The notes below the pieces were generated by a model that had not been told where the DNA came from, ran no database searches, and saw nothing but the letters and a program-made list of their open reading frames with translations. Below are positions 1-16,842 of a DNA stretch of 64,000 nt, piece by piece. The position numbers and the translations under genes were made by a program. The stretch lies in NCBI RefSeq assembly GCF_009914755.1, contig NC_060941.1. One strand, 5' to 3'. How positions within the stretch are numbered: the stretch's first letter is position 1; each line of letters starts with the position of its first letter. This stretch comes from the human T2T-CHM13v2.0 reference genome, Homo sapiens.

Positions 1-366
1 CACAGAAACAAGACCAGGTGCCGGGTGGGCAGTTAGTGGAGGCATCCTCAGCCTTTGATAGGACGGAGTGGTGATTAGTAAGAGGGCTGGGGCGGGGAAG
101 CAGGTGGGACATGGCCAGCCTCTGTCCTGCTGTGGCTGGGACTTGAATATTTTGTTGTTGTTGTTGTGTTTTAGCCAAAAGAGGGTCTGTTAGTCTCTGT
201 CAAAGAGTTTCAGGACTTTTAATTCAGTCCACACCAGTGATCACCAGGAGCCAGGAGCGAGGCCTGGGACGGATACTCTTTACAGCCTCGGCAGGATCTA
301 ATGCTGCCAACGCCCTGATCTTGGGCTTCCGGCCTCCAGAGCTGTGAGACGGTACATTTCTGCAGT

Positions 367-1115
367 TTGAAGACTAAACTCTGATTTTTTTTATCTTGCC
401 CAAATTCCTACCTAAGGCGTCTGGGGAGTCATACTTTACAAACCATACGTTCTCAGTGTCAAGCGTGTCCGTGTGAAGAGACCACCAAACAGGCTTTGTG
501 TGAGCAATAAAGCTTTTTAATCACCTGGGTGCAGGCGGGCTGAGTCTGAAAAGAGAGTCAGTGAAGGGAGATAGGGGTGGGGCCATTTTATAGGATTTGG
601 GTAGGTAGTGGAAAATTACAGTCAAAGGGGGTTGTTCTCTGGCTGGCAGGGGTGGGGGATACAAGGTGCTCAGTGGGCCAGGATGAGCCAGGAGAAGGAA
701 TTTCACAAGGTAATGTCATCAGTTAAGGCAGAAACAGGCCATTTTCACTTCTTTTATGATTCTTCAGTTACTTCAGGCCATCTGGATGTATACGTGCAGG
801 TCACAGGGGATATGATGGCTTAGCTTGGGCTCAGAGGCCTGACACATGGCCTGTGACAGAGCCCTCAGGAGGCCCTGAGAACATGTGCCAAGGAGGTTGG
901 GTGCAGCTTGGTTTATACATTTTAAGGAAGCGTCAGACATCAATCAAATGCATTTGAGAAATACATTGATTTGGTCCAGAAAGGCAGGAAAATTTGAAGC
1001 GGTGGGGGCAGGGGGCTTCCAGGCTGTAGGTAAATTTAAACATTTTCTGGTTTACAATTGGTTGAGTTTATCTAAAGACCTGGGATTAATAGTAAGGAAA
1101 TGTTCAGGTTAAGAT
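367..1115 (-). mobile_element. MER4-group ERV1 LTR, split by an LTR7
   Basis: 367-455 (ctctgattttttttatcttgcccaaattcc...ggggagtcat) and 845-1115 (cctcaggaggccctgagaacatgtgcc...tatacattttaagg) resemble MER4-family LTR sequence from recall. Confidence 0.6.
457..844 (-). mobile_element. Solo LTR7-family (HERV-H) LTR
   Basis: Reverse complement begins TGTCAGGCCTCTGAGCCCAAGCTAAGCCATCATATCCCCTGTGACCTGCACGTATACATCCAGATGGCCTGAAG and ends ...GGTGGTCTCTTCACACGGACACGCTTGACA, matching LTR7 termini. Confidence 0.88.
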
Positions 1116-1486
1116 AGAACACCGTGCTGAGCAGCACTCCGGCCCAGCACCATTACGTGGGCAAGAGGCAAAGCTCCAAGGGCTTAGTGTACCTGCTGCA
1201 GCAGCTGGTAGGGGCAGACTGTGATCACAGAGACAGCACTGTCCCGCAGAAAAATCATGCAAGCCACCAACGTGAGCCATGCAAGTCATTTAAACATTTC
1301 GACTAGTCATACTGAAAAAGTCAAAAGAAACAGTTGAAATTAACTGTTTAGAGACAAAGTCTCACTCTGTCGCCAGGGCTGGAGTGCAGTGGTGCAGTCA
1401 AGATTGGTGGGAGGAAAAAGCAGGTTTTAATTGGAGACCCAGCAAAGCGAGAAGATGCCCAACTAGCGTTCTAAAGTGTCACCTTG

Positions 1487-1790
1487 GCTGGGCGCAGTGG
1501 CTCATGCCTGTAATTCCAGCACTTTGGGAGGCCAAGGCAGGTGGATCACCTGAGGTCAGGAGTTTGAGACCACCCTGGCCAACATGGAGAAACCCCGTCT
1601 CTACTAAAAATACAAAAATTAGCCAGGCTTGGTGGCGGGCGCTTGTAATCCCAGCTACTCGGGAGGCTGAGGCATGAGAATCACTTGAACTGGGAGGTGG
1701 AGTTTGCAGTGAGCCAAGATCACGCCACTGCACTCCAGCCTGGGGTATAGAGTGAGACTGTCTCCAAAAAACAAACAAACAATAAATAAA
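1487..1790 (+). mobile_element. Alu
   Basis: ggctgggcgcagtggctcatgcctgtaat... dimer with A-rich tail. Confidence 0.9.
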
Positions 1791-2785
1791 GTGCCACCCT
1801 AAAATTAAAAATTTATCCTCAGGTTTTGTGTGTTTGTTAGTTTTTGAGGCAAGATCTCACTTTGTCATCCAGGCTGGAGTGCAGTGGTATGATCACGACT
1901 CACTGCAGCCTGGAGCTCCCTGGGCTCAAACGATCCTCTTGCCTCAGCCTCTTCAGGTGCACCACCACGCCCAGCTAATTTTTTTAAATGATTTTTTTTG
2001 TAGAGATGGGGTCTCTCTATGTTGCCCAGGCTGCCATCGAGTTCTTCTAGGGAAACTTGCCGTGGGCACCGTGGGGAGTGGGGTAAGGGCAGGGTCTGTG
2101 TCTTGTTCCCATGGCTGTCGTGGGCAGTTGTCGGTTAGGAGGGGTGGCTGTCGAGGATGTTGGACTAATTGTTGGCGACCCCCCGCCCCAAGCAGGAGCA
2201 TTCAGCTGGGGTTCCGCGCCGGGAATTGTTTCAGGATGAGGGTCCCCTCTGGAATGCGCAGAGGGGCGCAGTGTCCAGAGAGGGACGGGATGAAGGGGTG
2301 AGAGGAGAAGGAAGAAAAAGAAAGTGGGTGATTTTAAAACGGAGGTCCCTGGTCACACCATGAGCCTCACAGATGGGAAAACTGAGGCACGGGGGATGGT
2401 GCGGACCGCCGTGGCCCCTCCATCATCAGTGACAGAGCGCTCCGCGCGGGGCCGCGGAGGTCCCTTAATCTGCAAAGGCCCCCACGCGGCGCGCTGACGA
2501 CGTCCACTGCACCCGCCGGGCGCCCTCTGGGCCGCTCCCAGGCTGGCCGCCGGCTCTGCGCGGCCGCAGACACTGTCCGAGGTGCTGGGCGCCGGGGCGG
2601 GGGGCGCGCCTGTCCCGCCCCACTCGGCTGCTCGGGCCTGCCCGGGGTCTGGGCTTCCGGGAGACCCGCATGCGCCCCACGCCTGGCGGGAACCGAGGCC
2701 CCTCCCGCGTCTGTACCCGGCGCGCAGCGGCCCGAGGCGCCTCCCGGGGGCTGGGGGCCCGGAGTCACTGGGAGGCGCCACCGGC

Positions 2786-2795
2786 GGGGAATTCC
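2786..2795. promoter_or_regulatory. NF-kB-like site GGGGAATTCC
   Basis: Matches GGGRNWYYCC, immediately upstream of the promoter VNTR. Confidence 0.5.
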
Positions 2796-2808
2796 GCACA
2801 CGCCTGCG

Positions 2809-3112
2809 CGGGGCCGGCGGCGGCGGCGGGCAGGGCGGGGCCGGCGGCGGCGGCGGCGGGCAGGGCGGGGCCGGCGGCGGCGGCGGCGGGCAGGGCGGGG
2901 CCGGCGGCGGCGGCGGCGGGCAGGGCGGGGCCGGCGGCGGCGGCGGCGGGCAGGGCGGGGCCGGCGGCGGCGGCGGCGGGCAGGGCGGGGCCGGCGGCGG
3001 CGGCGGCGGGCAGGGCGGGGCCGGCGGCGGCGGCGGCGGGCAGGGCGGGGCCGGCGGCGGCGGCGGCGGGCAGGGCGGGGCCGGCGGCGGCGGCGGCGGG
3101 CAGGGCGGGGCC
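2809..3112. repeat. 30-bp GC-rich promoter VNTR, 10 copies (GGGGCCGGCGGCGGCGGCGGCGGGCAGGGC)
   Basis: Perfect 30-bp periodicity visible across lines 2821-3110; the first unit is one CGG short. Confidence 0.97.
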
Positions 3113-3121
3113 CAGGGCCCC

Positions 3122-3172
3122 GTGACCCGAGGGGCGACAGCGCGCGGCAGGCGGCGAGCTCGGGGGCCGCAG
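3122..3172 (+). other. RNF213: RNF213 exon 1 (non-coding; 5' end approximate)
   Basis: Donor CAG|GTGCGA at 3172/3173 inside the CpG island; the TSS cannot be fixed from sequence alone. Confidence 0.7.
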
Positions 3173-3311
3173 GTGCGAGCGGGCCTGGAGAGTCTCCCGG
3201 GGCGGGGAGCGGGCTAGGATACAGTGGGCCCCGCGGGCCGGCGGGCCGGGTCCCGGGGAGCGGCGCCTGCGTCCGGATGCCCCTCCCGGCCGCCTCTTCC
3301 TGCCGGCTCCA

Positions 3312-3324
3312 AGTTTCGGTTTCG
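3312..3324. promoter_or_regulatory. ISRE AGTTTCGGTTTCG in intron 1
   Basis: Matches the AGTTTCNNTTTC core ~140 bp downstream of exon 1; RNF213 is a known interferon-stimulated gene. Confidence 0.7.
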
Positions 3325-4006
3325 CCGCCGGGGTGCCCGGTCCAGCCCCGCCCGCGGCGCCCACTGACCCTGTTCCCCGGCTGCGGGAGGGGTCGGGGTG
3401 GGGGCAGCGGGCACGCCTGGGACCCCGGCGACATCCCCGGAGCGCAGAGCGCGGAGGAGGCTTTGCGCCCCGGCAGTGCTGCCCCCGGGAAGTGGCCGGG
3501 GCACGGGGGGTGTAGTGGAAGGGGACAGCCGGACCCGGGCCTGCAGGTCCGCCCGGGAATCCTGCGCCTGTACGAATGGCAACAACGGAAAAGTGAAGTT
3601 GCAAAAACAGACTCCTAACTTTTACGAGGGAGGCATCGCCCCGTCTGAACCGCACCGCGCAGCGTCCTTCCGACTTGGCGAAGTCGCCCGAGCGCGGGGC
3701 TCAAGGCCAGGGTGGGCACCCCTCCCGGATGGCTGCCTGCAAGCCGGCGGGCCGGGCCCTGGGGGAGTCCGGGGCGGGAGGGGAAGGAGCTGTGCAAACA
3801 TGGTGGTGGCCCTTCCCTGCCCCCACCTTGTTGACTTTGGTTGTGGTTGGGGGATGGGCTTTGATTTGGGTGGCAGTGTCTGTGCTTGGGAAAAAATGTC
3901 AGAGAAAAGACAGGAAGCGGATTGAATGCAGCAGTGTTGGGTGCCTGGGGCTCTCTCTTGTGTCTTCCGGCCCCTAGAGCAGATGGAACAATAAGATGCT
4001 TTAGGG

Positions 4007-4519
<513 letters not shown>

Positions 4520-4936
4520 CTACTCTGAAGGAGAGATAATTTTAGTCTCTGGAATAAAAGGGCAGCAGACCTGGAGAAAAGGGATGCAAATTGTCCCATA
4601 CACCTATTGGGAACCTCATCAAAGAGAAGACTGCAGAAGACAGATGATTGATGTTTTTATGGCATTGGGACAGGGGCTTGGGGCTGGAGAGGGGAGGTGT
4701 GCAGGGTTGTCTTGTTGTGCAGATAATCACTCAGGTGATCTCAGAGCTGCTCTCAGAGGAACTGGCGAGGCCGCAGGCACTCCTCTTGTGTGTCCCTGGG
4801 ACCGTTCCTAGATCCCTCTAGGCAGATAATGGGGCCTCAGAGAGAGCTTCTGCTCCATTCTGCTGTTTCATGGTGTGGATTTCCTTTATAGCCTTTTACA
4901 AAAGGACAGCTTCCCAGAACTCCTGAGTATGTGGTT

Positions 4937-5108
4937 GCTCTGAATAGCCATCTCAAAATTGACCACAGAATCTGTTTTGGGGTGGCATAGATTAGTCTCC
5001 CACACAGGTCAAGCCAGGGAACCCCACCCAGTGCCTCCGTCCCTCGTTCAGGCCCAGCCTGAGTGAGCCCACCCCAGTGGGAGGAGAGGGCAGGGCCAGG
5101 GCAGGGAG
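4937..5108 (+). repeat. ~172-bp direct repeat, copy 1 (copy 2 at 6189-6361)
   Basis: gctctgaatagccatctcaaaa...cagggccagggcagggag occurs twice with only a few mismatches. Confidence 0.93.
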
Positions 5109-5829
5109 GGGGCCTGAGTGTCCTCCTGGCTGCTGAAGGCACCAGTCAGCTGCCGCTCCAGCCACTGCCCCAGTGGAGTTCTTTGGTTCCAAGCCAGCAG
5201 AAGAAGGTGGTGGGTGGGCCAGTGTGCCCTGAGGCTTCTTACTGGGGAGGGAGAGAGTCAGGTCCTCCACTGTTAGGTGGCCAAGCGCCCAAACGCCATC
5301 TCCACTCTCACCCTGGATGCAAGAAGTGACCCCGGAGGCCTGAGTCCTGGCCTTGGTCTGGTTTGATGCCATCCACCGCAGAGGCTGTTCTGAGGGCAGG
5401 TGGTCAGTGCAGAGTGGCGCGCTTTGTGGATGGCAGCCTCCCCCCATTACTAGGAATCTGACTGCCAGCCCAGTAGCCCTGGGCTGCCTGCTCAGGCCCC
5501 ATCACCTGTGGGGCAGGTGCTTTAGTCCCCTTAAGAGGATGAGGAGGGTGAGGCATCAGCAGGCTGAGCGCCTTGCTCAGGGCAGGCCGTGGGACCCTGC
5601 CGAACAGCACGTGGCTGCCCCACGCCTGCCTGGAGCATCCCCTATCCCCACCCAGCCCAACCCATGTTCTCAGCAGCAGGGATGGTTCTAGGCTGGCTGA
5701 ATGAGGGACCAGGGCAGAGACTGCAAAAGCTTGAGAGCCAAGGGGGCAGCACAGAGCGGGGAGGGGCTGGGCTTGGGCTGTGCTCCTGTTGGGTTTCCAT
5801 TAACCAGGGGACCAGCTGGGCTGCTGTGA

Positions 5830-5854
5830 TTTCACTTTCGCAGAAAATGAAACT
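5830..5854. promoter_or_regulatory. Two oppositely oriented IRF/ISRE motifs straddling the exon-2 acceptor (TTTCACTTTC; GAAAATGAAACT)
   Basis: 5830-5839 is the reverse complement of GAAAGTGAAA; 5843-5854 matches GAAANNGAAACT. Confidence 0.65.
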
Positions 5855-5891
5855 GAAGCCGTGGTCACGTGACAGGACATGTAGTATATAG
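5847..5891 (+). other. uORF MKLKPWSRDRTCSI* in the 5' UTR part of exon 2 (exon 2 starts at 5844)
   Basis: ATG at 5847 with A at -3; TAG at 5889-5891. A second start-stop uORF ATGTAG lies at 5879-5884. Confidence 0.65.
5864..5873. promoter_or_regulatory. Perfect palindrome GTCACGTGAC (CLEAR / USF-MITF-TFE E-box)
   Basis: Exact 10-bp CLEAR consensus. Confidence 0.55.
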
Positions 5892-6176
<285 letters not shown>

Positions 6177-6188
6177 TGAGGCTCTGTG

Positions 6189-6361
6189 GCTCTGAATAGC
6201 CATCTCAAAAGTGACCACAGAGTCTGTTTTGGGGTGGCATAGATTAGTCTCCCACACAGGTCAAGCCAGGGGACCACCACCCAGTGCTTCCGTCCCTCGT
6301 TCAGGCCCGGCCTGAGTGAGCCCACCCGAGTGGGAGGAGAGGGCAGGGCCAGGGCAGGGAG
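6189..6361 (+). repeat. ~172-bp direct repeat, copy 2
   Basis: Near-identical to 4937-5108. Confidence 0.93.
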
Positions 6362-7289
6362 AGGACAAAACAAGAAGTTTTGTCGGGGTCTTTGCTGGAG
6401 GTTCCTGCTTTTGAAAATTTTCAGTTTCATTTCCTAGAGAGAGCTCACGGTTTTTCTTCCCCTTGGGAATGAGAAGTGTCGGGCTGAGCTGAGGGCTTCA
6501 TAGAGAGTTTCAGAGAATGCTGCAGGGAAGCAGAGTTTGAGGCTCTGCAGGGGTTGAGAGCTCTGCCTGGGTTAGTTTTTGAGGGGCCGTGAGGGGGCCC
6601 CAGGACCTGTCCAGGCACCTCCCTGGCTCGGGAGGCCAGTGGAGAGACAGGAGCGGGGCAGTGTCAGGCGGGCCTTGCCTGCTGAGCATCTTGAGTCCAT
6701 TCTCAATTTTGTTGGCTTCTGGGGCCTCAGACTGGTTCCCCTCCTCCCGGGTTTTAAACACCAACCCTAAAACTAGCAGCCCCCAGACCTTCAGCCTTTC
6801 TGTGTCCAAAGCCCAGCCCCACCTCCACTGGTGAGGGCACCTCATTCTTCCAGCTGCTTCTATCGGACCCATCACCCCGGGGCCCTCTCCTTCCTCCATG
6901 ACCCACATGCAGAGGGCCCTGCTGGTCTCCCCGCCTCCACGCTGCATGCTGCCTTCCTGCTTCCTGCTCAGCACAGCAGACAGTCAAACCACAGACCCCC
7001 TTACAAGATCCGCCCCTGCCCCCGCTGTAACTCAGGACAAGCAGGAGCCCTTACGGTGGCCACGAGGTCCTACATAGACGGCTGCCCACCCCATTCCTCT
7101 TGGCTCCCTCTCCTGCCCCCAGAGCCCACCACCTTCTGGCCCTTCCTGGATACACCAGGTGTGCTTCCACCGCAGGGCCTTTGCACCACCCTTCCCCAGA
7201 GGGCGGCCTGGCTCCCTCCTTCCCCTCTTTCAGTCTTTGCCCAGCTGCTCGCCATGGGGTCTCTCCGATGTTGTCCTTCAAGGGTGTGA

Positions 7290-10660
<3,371 letters not shown>

Positions 10661-10869
10661 GTACTGCATCCCCGGAGGGACTGCAGGGATTAGTGCCACC
10701 ACCAAGCACTCCAAAGATGCAGGGGTGGGGATTCCCATTCACCTCCCCTATTTGGCCTTTGTGGAAGACGGGTGGATCTTGGGAATGAAAATGAATGATC
10801 GTAAGCTTAATCAAATGGTGATTTCTCAGCCTCCATAGTCGTGTGAGCCAATTCTCCTAATACATCCTC

Positions 10870-12090
10870 TCTCATCCATCTGTTTGTCCATCCATCCATC
10901 CATCCATCCGTTTATCTGTCTATCTATCTATCTGTCATCTGTCTTCTATCAATTATCCATCCATCCATTCATCCATGTACCTATCCATCCATCTTATCTA
11001 TCTATCCTATCTATCCATCTATCTATAAGTCTGTATTAGGGTTCTCTAAAGGGACAGAACTAATAGGATCTATGTCTGTAAGAAAGGGAGTGTATTATGG
11101 AGAATTGGCTCACACAATCACAAGGTGAAGTCCCATGGTAGGCCGTCTGCAAGCTGGGAAAGAAAGAAGCCAGTAGTTGCTCAGTCTGAGTCCAAAAGCC
11201 TCAAAAGCAGGGAAGCCGACAGTGTAGCCTTCAGTCTGTGGCTGAAGACCCGAGATCCCCCTGGCAAACCACTGGCGTAAGTCCAAGTTTCCAAAGGCCA
11301 AAGAACCTGAAGTGTGATGTCCAAGGGCAAGAGGAACGTGAGGAAGCATCCAGCATAGGAGGAAGATGAAAGCCAGAAGACTCAGCGAGCCAGCTTACCC
11401 CACCTTCTGCCTGCTTTGTTCTAGCCACGCTGGCAGCTGACTGGATGCTGCCCACCCACATAGAGGGTGGGTCTTCCTCTCCCAGGCCATTGACTCAAAT
11501 GTCAGTCTCCTCTGACAACACCCTCACAGACACAACCAGAACAATACTTTACCAACTACCTAGGCATCCTTCAACCCAATCAAATTGACACCTGATATTA
11601 ACCATCACACCGTCTATCCATCCCTCTACCCTATCTGTCCACCTACCCTATCTATCTATCCACCTATCCATCTGTCCTATCATCTATCTATCCATCCATC
11701 CATTCATCTATTCTATCTATCCATCCATCTATCCATCCATCCATTCATCTATTCTATCTATCCATCCATCCATTCATCTATTCTATCTATCCATCCATCC
11801 TCTTTCTATTCATCCATTCATCTATCCATCTATTCTATCTGTCCATCCATCTATACTATCTATCCGTCCATCCTATCTGTTTATCTATCATCTGTCTATC
11901 CATTCATCTAGCTTATCTATCTATTCATCCATCAATCTATCCATCCATCCATTCATCTGTTCTATCTATGTATCTATCTTATGTATCTATCCATTCATCT
12001 ATCCCATCTTATCTATCCATCCCATCTTATCTATCCATCCGTCCATCCATCCATGTATCTACCTATCTACCTGTCTACCTACCTACCTAC
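10870..12090. repeat. (TCCA/TCTA)n low-complexity tetranucleotide array, split by an LTR
   Basis: Runs at 10870-11025 and 11610-12090. Confidence 0.9.
11032..11609 (-). mobile_element. MLT2 (ERVL) solo LTR
   Basis: Reverse complement starts TGTGATGGTTAATATCAGGTGTCAATTTGATTGG and ends TTCTGTCCCTTTAGAGAACCCTAATACA. Confidence 0.85.
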
Positions 12091-13894
12091 ATATTCTATA
12101 GTTCTGCTCTCTGGATAACCCTGTTCTATACTGTGAGTATTTAATGAGTTAACATGTACATTGTTTAGGAAGTGCTAGTTAAGTATGTCTCTTATTTCTG
12201 AATCCAGCTACTTACTTTTATGACAATAAAAATGTAAATGCTGGTTGGCAAATGACCCACATGTTACAGGAGGACATAAAATAGCACGAAGTTTCCTCAC
12301 CCTGGGCCAGGACTGTCACATTCCCCAGAGCAACACTGTAAACTGGTGTGTCCTCTTCTAGACATCTCCTCTGCGTGAATGTGTGCGCACACACACACAC
12401 GTTAATGTGAGTGGCAGCTCGTGCCCTGCGCATGCCTTGCTACTTTCATGTACAGTGGCTGAGGCCTCTAGTGGAGGACGGACCTCAGCAGCCTCCCTGG
12501 CTCTGCCACCCAGCAGGGCCTGACTCAGCAACAGGCCTATCCTGGGCACTTCCCTTGTCCTGCTGTTTTGCCGTGACATAGGCTGCTAGGCTGCATGCTT
12601 GCACGGAGACCTTGCCCTCTGAGCCAGGCTGGCCGTCTGGAGGACAGATTCCCAGCCACTAGCCTGCTGGCTTCAGGCTGGCACATTTACAATGCAAATC
12701 TCTTCAAATCCCCTGCACAAAGCTTCTCTGGCCACTCACTGGCCGCGTCTCTGTGCTCCCTGCCTTCTAGATTTCTATTCAGATTCTCTCCAGCGTTCAG
12801 AATGATGGATCTTGTCAATCTGTGCCGGTCGTTGGGTGGAAATGGCACTGCAGGGCCTCCGTTCTGATTTCCTTCATCAGTAGGCATGGCAGGCATCTCT
12901 TTGGAAGTTAAGAGACCACATGTATGTGTATTTCCTTGAGCGGCCTGTCTGTCTTTAGGGAAGCTCGTTTTGCTTTGGTTGGTCCTTATGATTGTTGGGA
13001 CTGTTTATACTGGGAACAGCCTGAAACCCAGCTCTCCTAGGCTTGCTCAGCAAGAGAAACGTGCTGGGTCACCGTTGCCCAAGTCCAGGCTTGAGGGGTT
13101 CAAGTGTACTAGGGCTTTGCTCCATTTCTCTGATCCTGACAGCTCTGCCCTTCTCCACTGCCAGCTTTGTCTGCAGGTGGAGGAGAACAGACAGTGGTTT
13201 CCCAGCACCACCTCATGGTCTTTCCAGGATGCACTGAGTGGCAGAAACCCCAGTAAGGGTCCAGAAGTATGGATGCTTCCATACTTCTTGCTGGTTGGCC
13301 CTTCCCTTAGTCAATCACTAGTGCCAGGGTAAATATCGGCCCTGATTGGATTAGGCTAGTCAGGGCCCGCCCCTGGTGGGAGGGTAGGTTGGTGGGAGGG
13401 GCAGGCTCAGAATCCCTGGTTGTAGGTGAAACAGCAGCTCTCGAAGGATGGGGCCTTGGGTCGCCTGTTGCAGATCTTTCTCCAGCTCTTACTTTCTGGC
13501 TGTGATGTTTCATGTGTGTCTTATGTATGTAGACGTTTAGAGGATTTGTTATCAATTTTGAGTCCTGCTAAGGAACTTCACGAATTCTTGAGCTCTTGGC
13601 TACGCCAACACTGAGTACTCAAAGGGAAAAAGGTCTGCGTGGTCCCTGCCCTCCAGATCTCAGAGGAGGAGAGGGCAGTGACGAAACCAGGTGCTGGAAA
13701 CGGGCGTGGGGATGAAGTGTCCAGACAGGGGCGCAGCTGGGACTGGCTTGGGGCCTTGGAGAAGGGTCTGTGGGGATCAGGCAGAGGGAAGGTTCTGTAC
13801 AGAAAAGCAGGCTTGGCCTGGCACCATCTGGAGTGTGTGTCAGGGAGAGGTGGGGTCGTCCAGACCCAGGATTGAAAACAGGGACTCCTTGAAG

Positions 13895-14946
<1,052 letters not shown>

Positions 14947-15470
14947 AATGAAGGCTAGAGTGAGTGTGGGGCTGGCAGAGTGGGTGCTCCATGCTGTCTG
15001 CATGGCAGCTCTGCATGGGTGAGAATCTGGAGGCAGAGCAGCTGGGCGGGCAGATGCCTTAGTGCCAGGACAAGGGAAGCAGTTTGAGACCCCTGGGCCG
15101 CCACTGGGAGAATGCCCACCCTGGGGAAGACAGGAGGAATGTCTACAGTAGGGGAGGAAAGCGTAACAGGCTCTGTTTTAGAGGTGCCCGAGGTGTGCTG
15201 ACATCCTAGTACAGAGTCAGGTGAATCCACTCGTGGACATTGGGAGGAAGAGGCTGGATGCTAGGACGGCACAGTCTTTCTGTCTGATTCACCCCTTGTT
15301 GTGCTGAAACTGGGGTCCCTGGTTCCCTCCTACCCACCTGGAGCAGAACCCCTACCCTGCTCATGTTAGCAGGCCCAATGCAGGACCTCGGAGGGAGAAC
15401 AGGGTGAATCTCTCCATGCACTCGTGGGGAGGATTTCTGTTTTTCCTTCCTAACACTCGCTTCTCTCTGA

Positions 15471-15740
<270 letters not shown>

Positions 15741-15777
15741 TAGCCCCCGAAAATGCCACCATGGCCCAGCCCATTGA

Positions 15778-16383
<606 letters not shown>

Positions 16384-16842
16384 TAGGCCTCTGCATTGAG
16401 GGTGCGTGCCCAGAGGGGCTTTGAAGCTTTGGGTGTGGGGTGGGTGCTCTGGAAATGTGCTGGCTGGCAGGTTACCCTTCTTGGAAGGGTATGGCTGAGC
16501 CACCTTTTGGCTCCCTCTGGCCTTGAACAGCCTCTTAGGCGTTAGACACCAAGAGAATGCGTCCTTGTTAAGATTCCCAGTTGGAGCACTAGGCGAGGCT
16601 TTCGAGGGGAGCGTCCTGGACATGTTCAAGGAGAATGGTTGGAAGAGAAGGGCTCCTGGGCTCTAGCGCGGCCTGGGAAGACCCAGAGGGCAGTGTCAGC
16701 TCCCGGGTTTCTTGCTGGGCACGGAGAAGGGGAAGCTGTCTTTCTGTGTCTGCACTGGGGCTGGCTTTCTGTCTGTCGTTCCTTGTAGGTGGCACTCCAT
16801 GGTTGGGCTATGGTGGGAAGTGATGCAGCTGCAGTGCTGTGG

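Larger units (their letters stand above)
2370..3800. promoter_or_regulatory. RNF213: CpG island promoter of RNF213
   Basis: Very high GC and CpG density, multiple GGGGCGGGG-type GC boxes, surrounds the first splice donor. Confidence 0.9.

Noticed and set aside
2809-3112. CRISPR-like appearance of regular repeats (also 55732-55994)
   Set aside because: Head-to-tail tandem units with no unique spacers, in human DNA with no cas genes.
2367-3655. Long overlapping antisense ORFs (355 aa, 296 aa) in the CpG island
   Set aside because: Expected from extreme GC content and a 30-bp repeat unit; no independent coding evidence.
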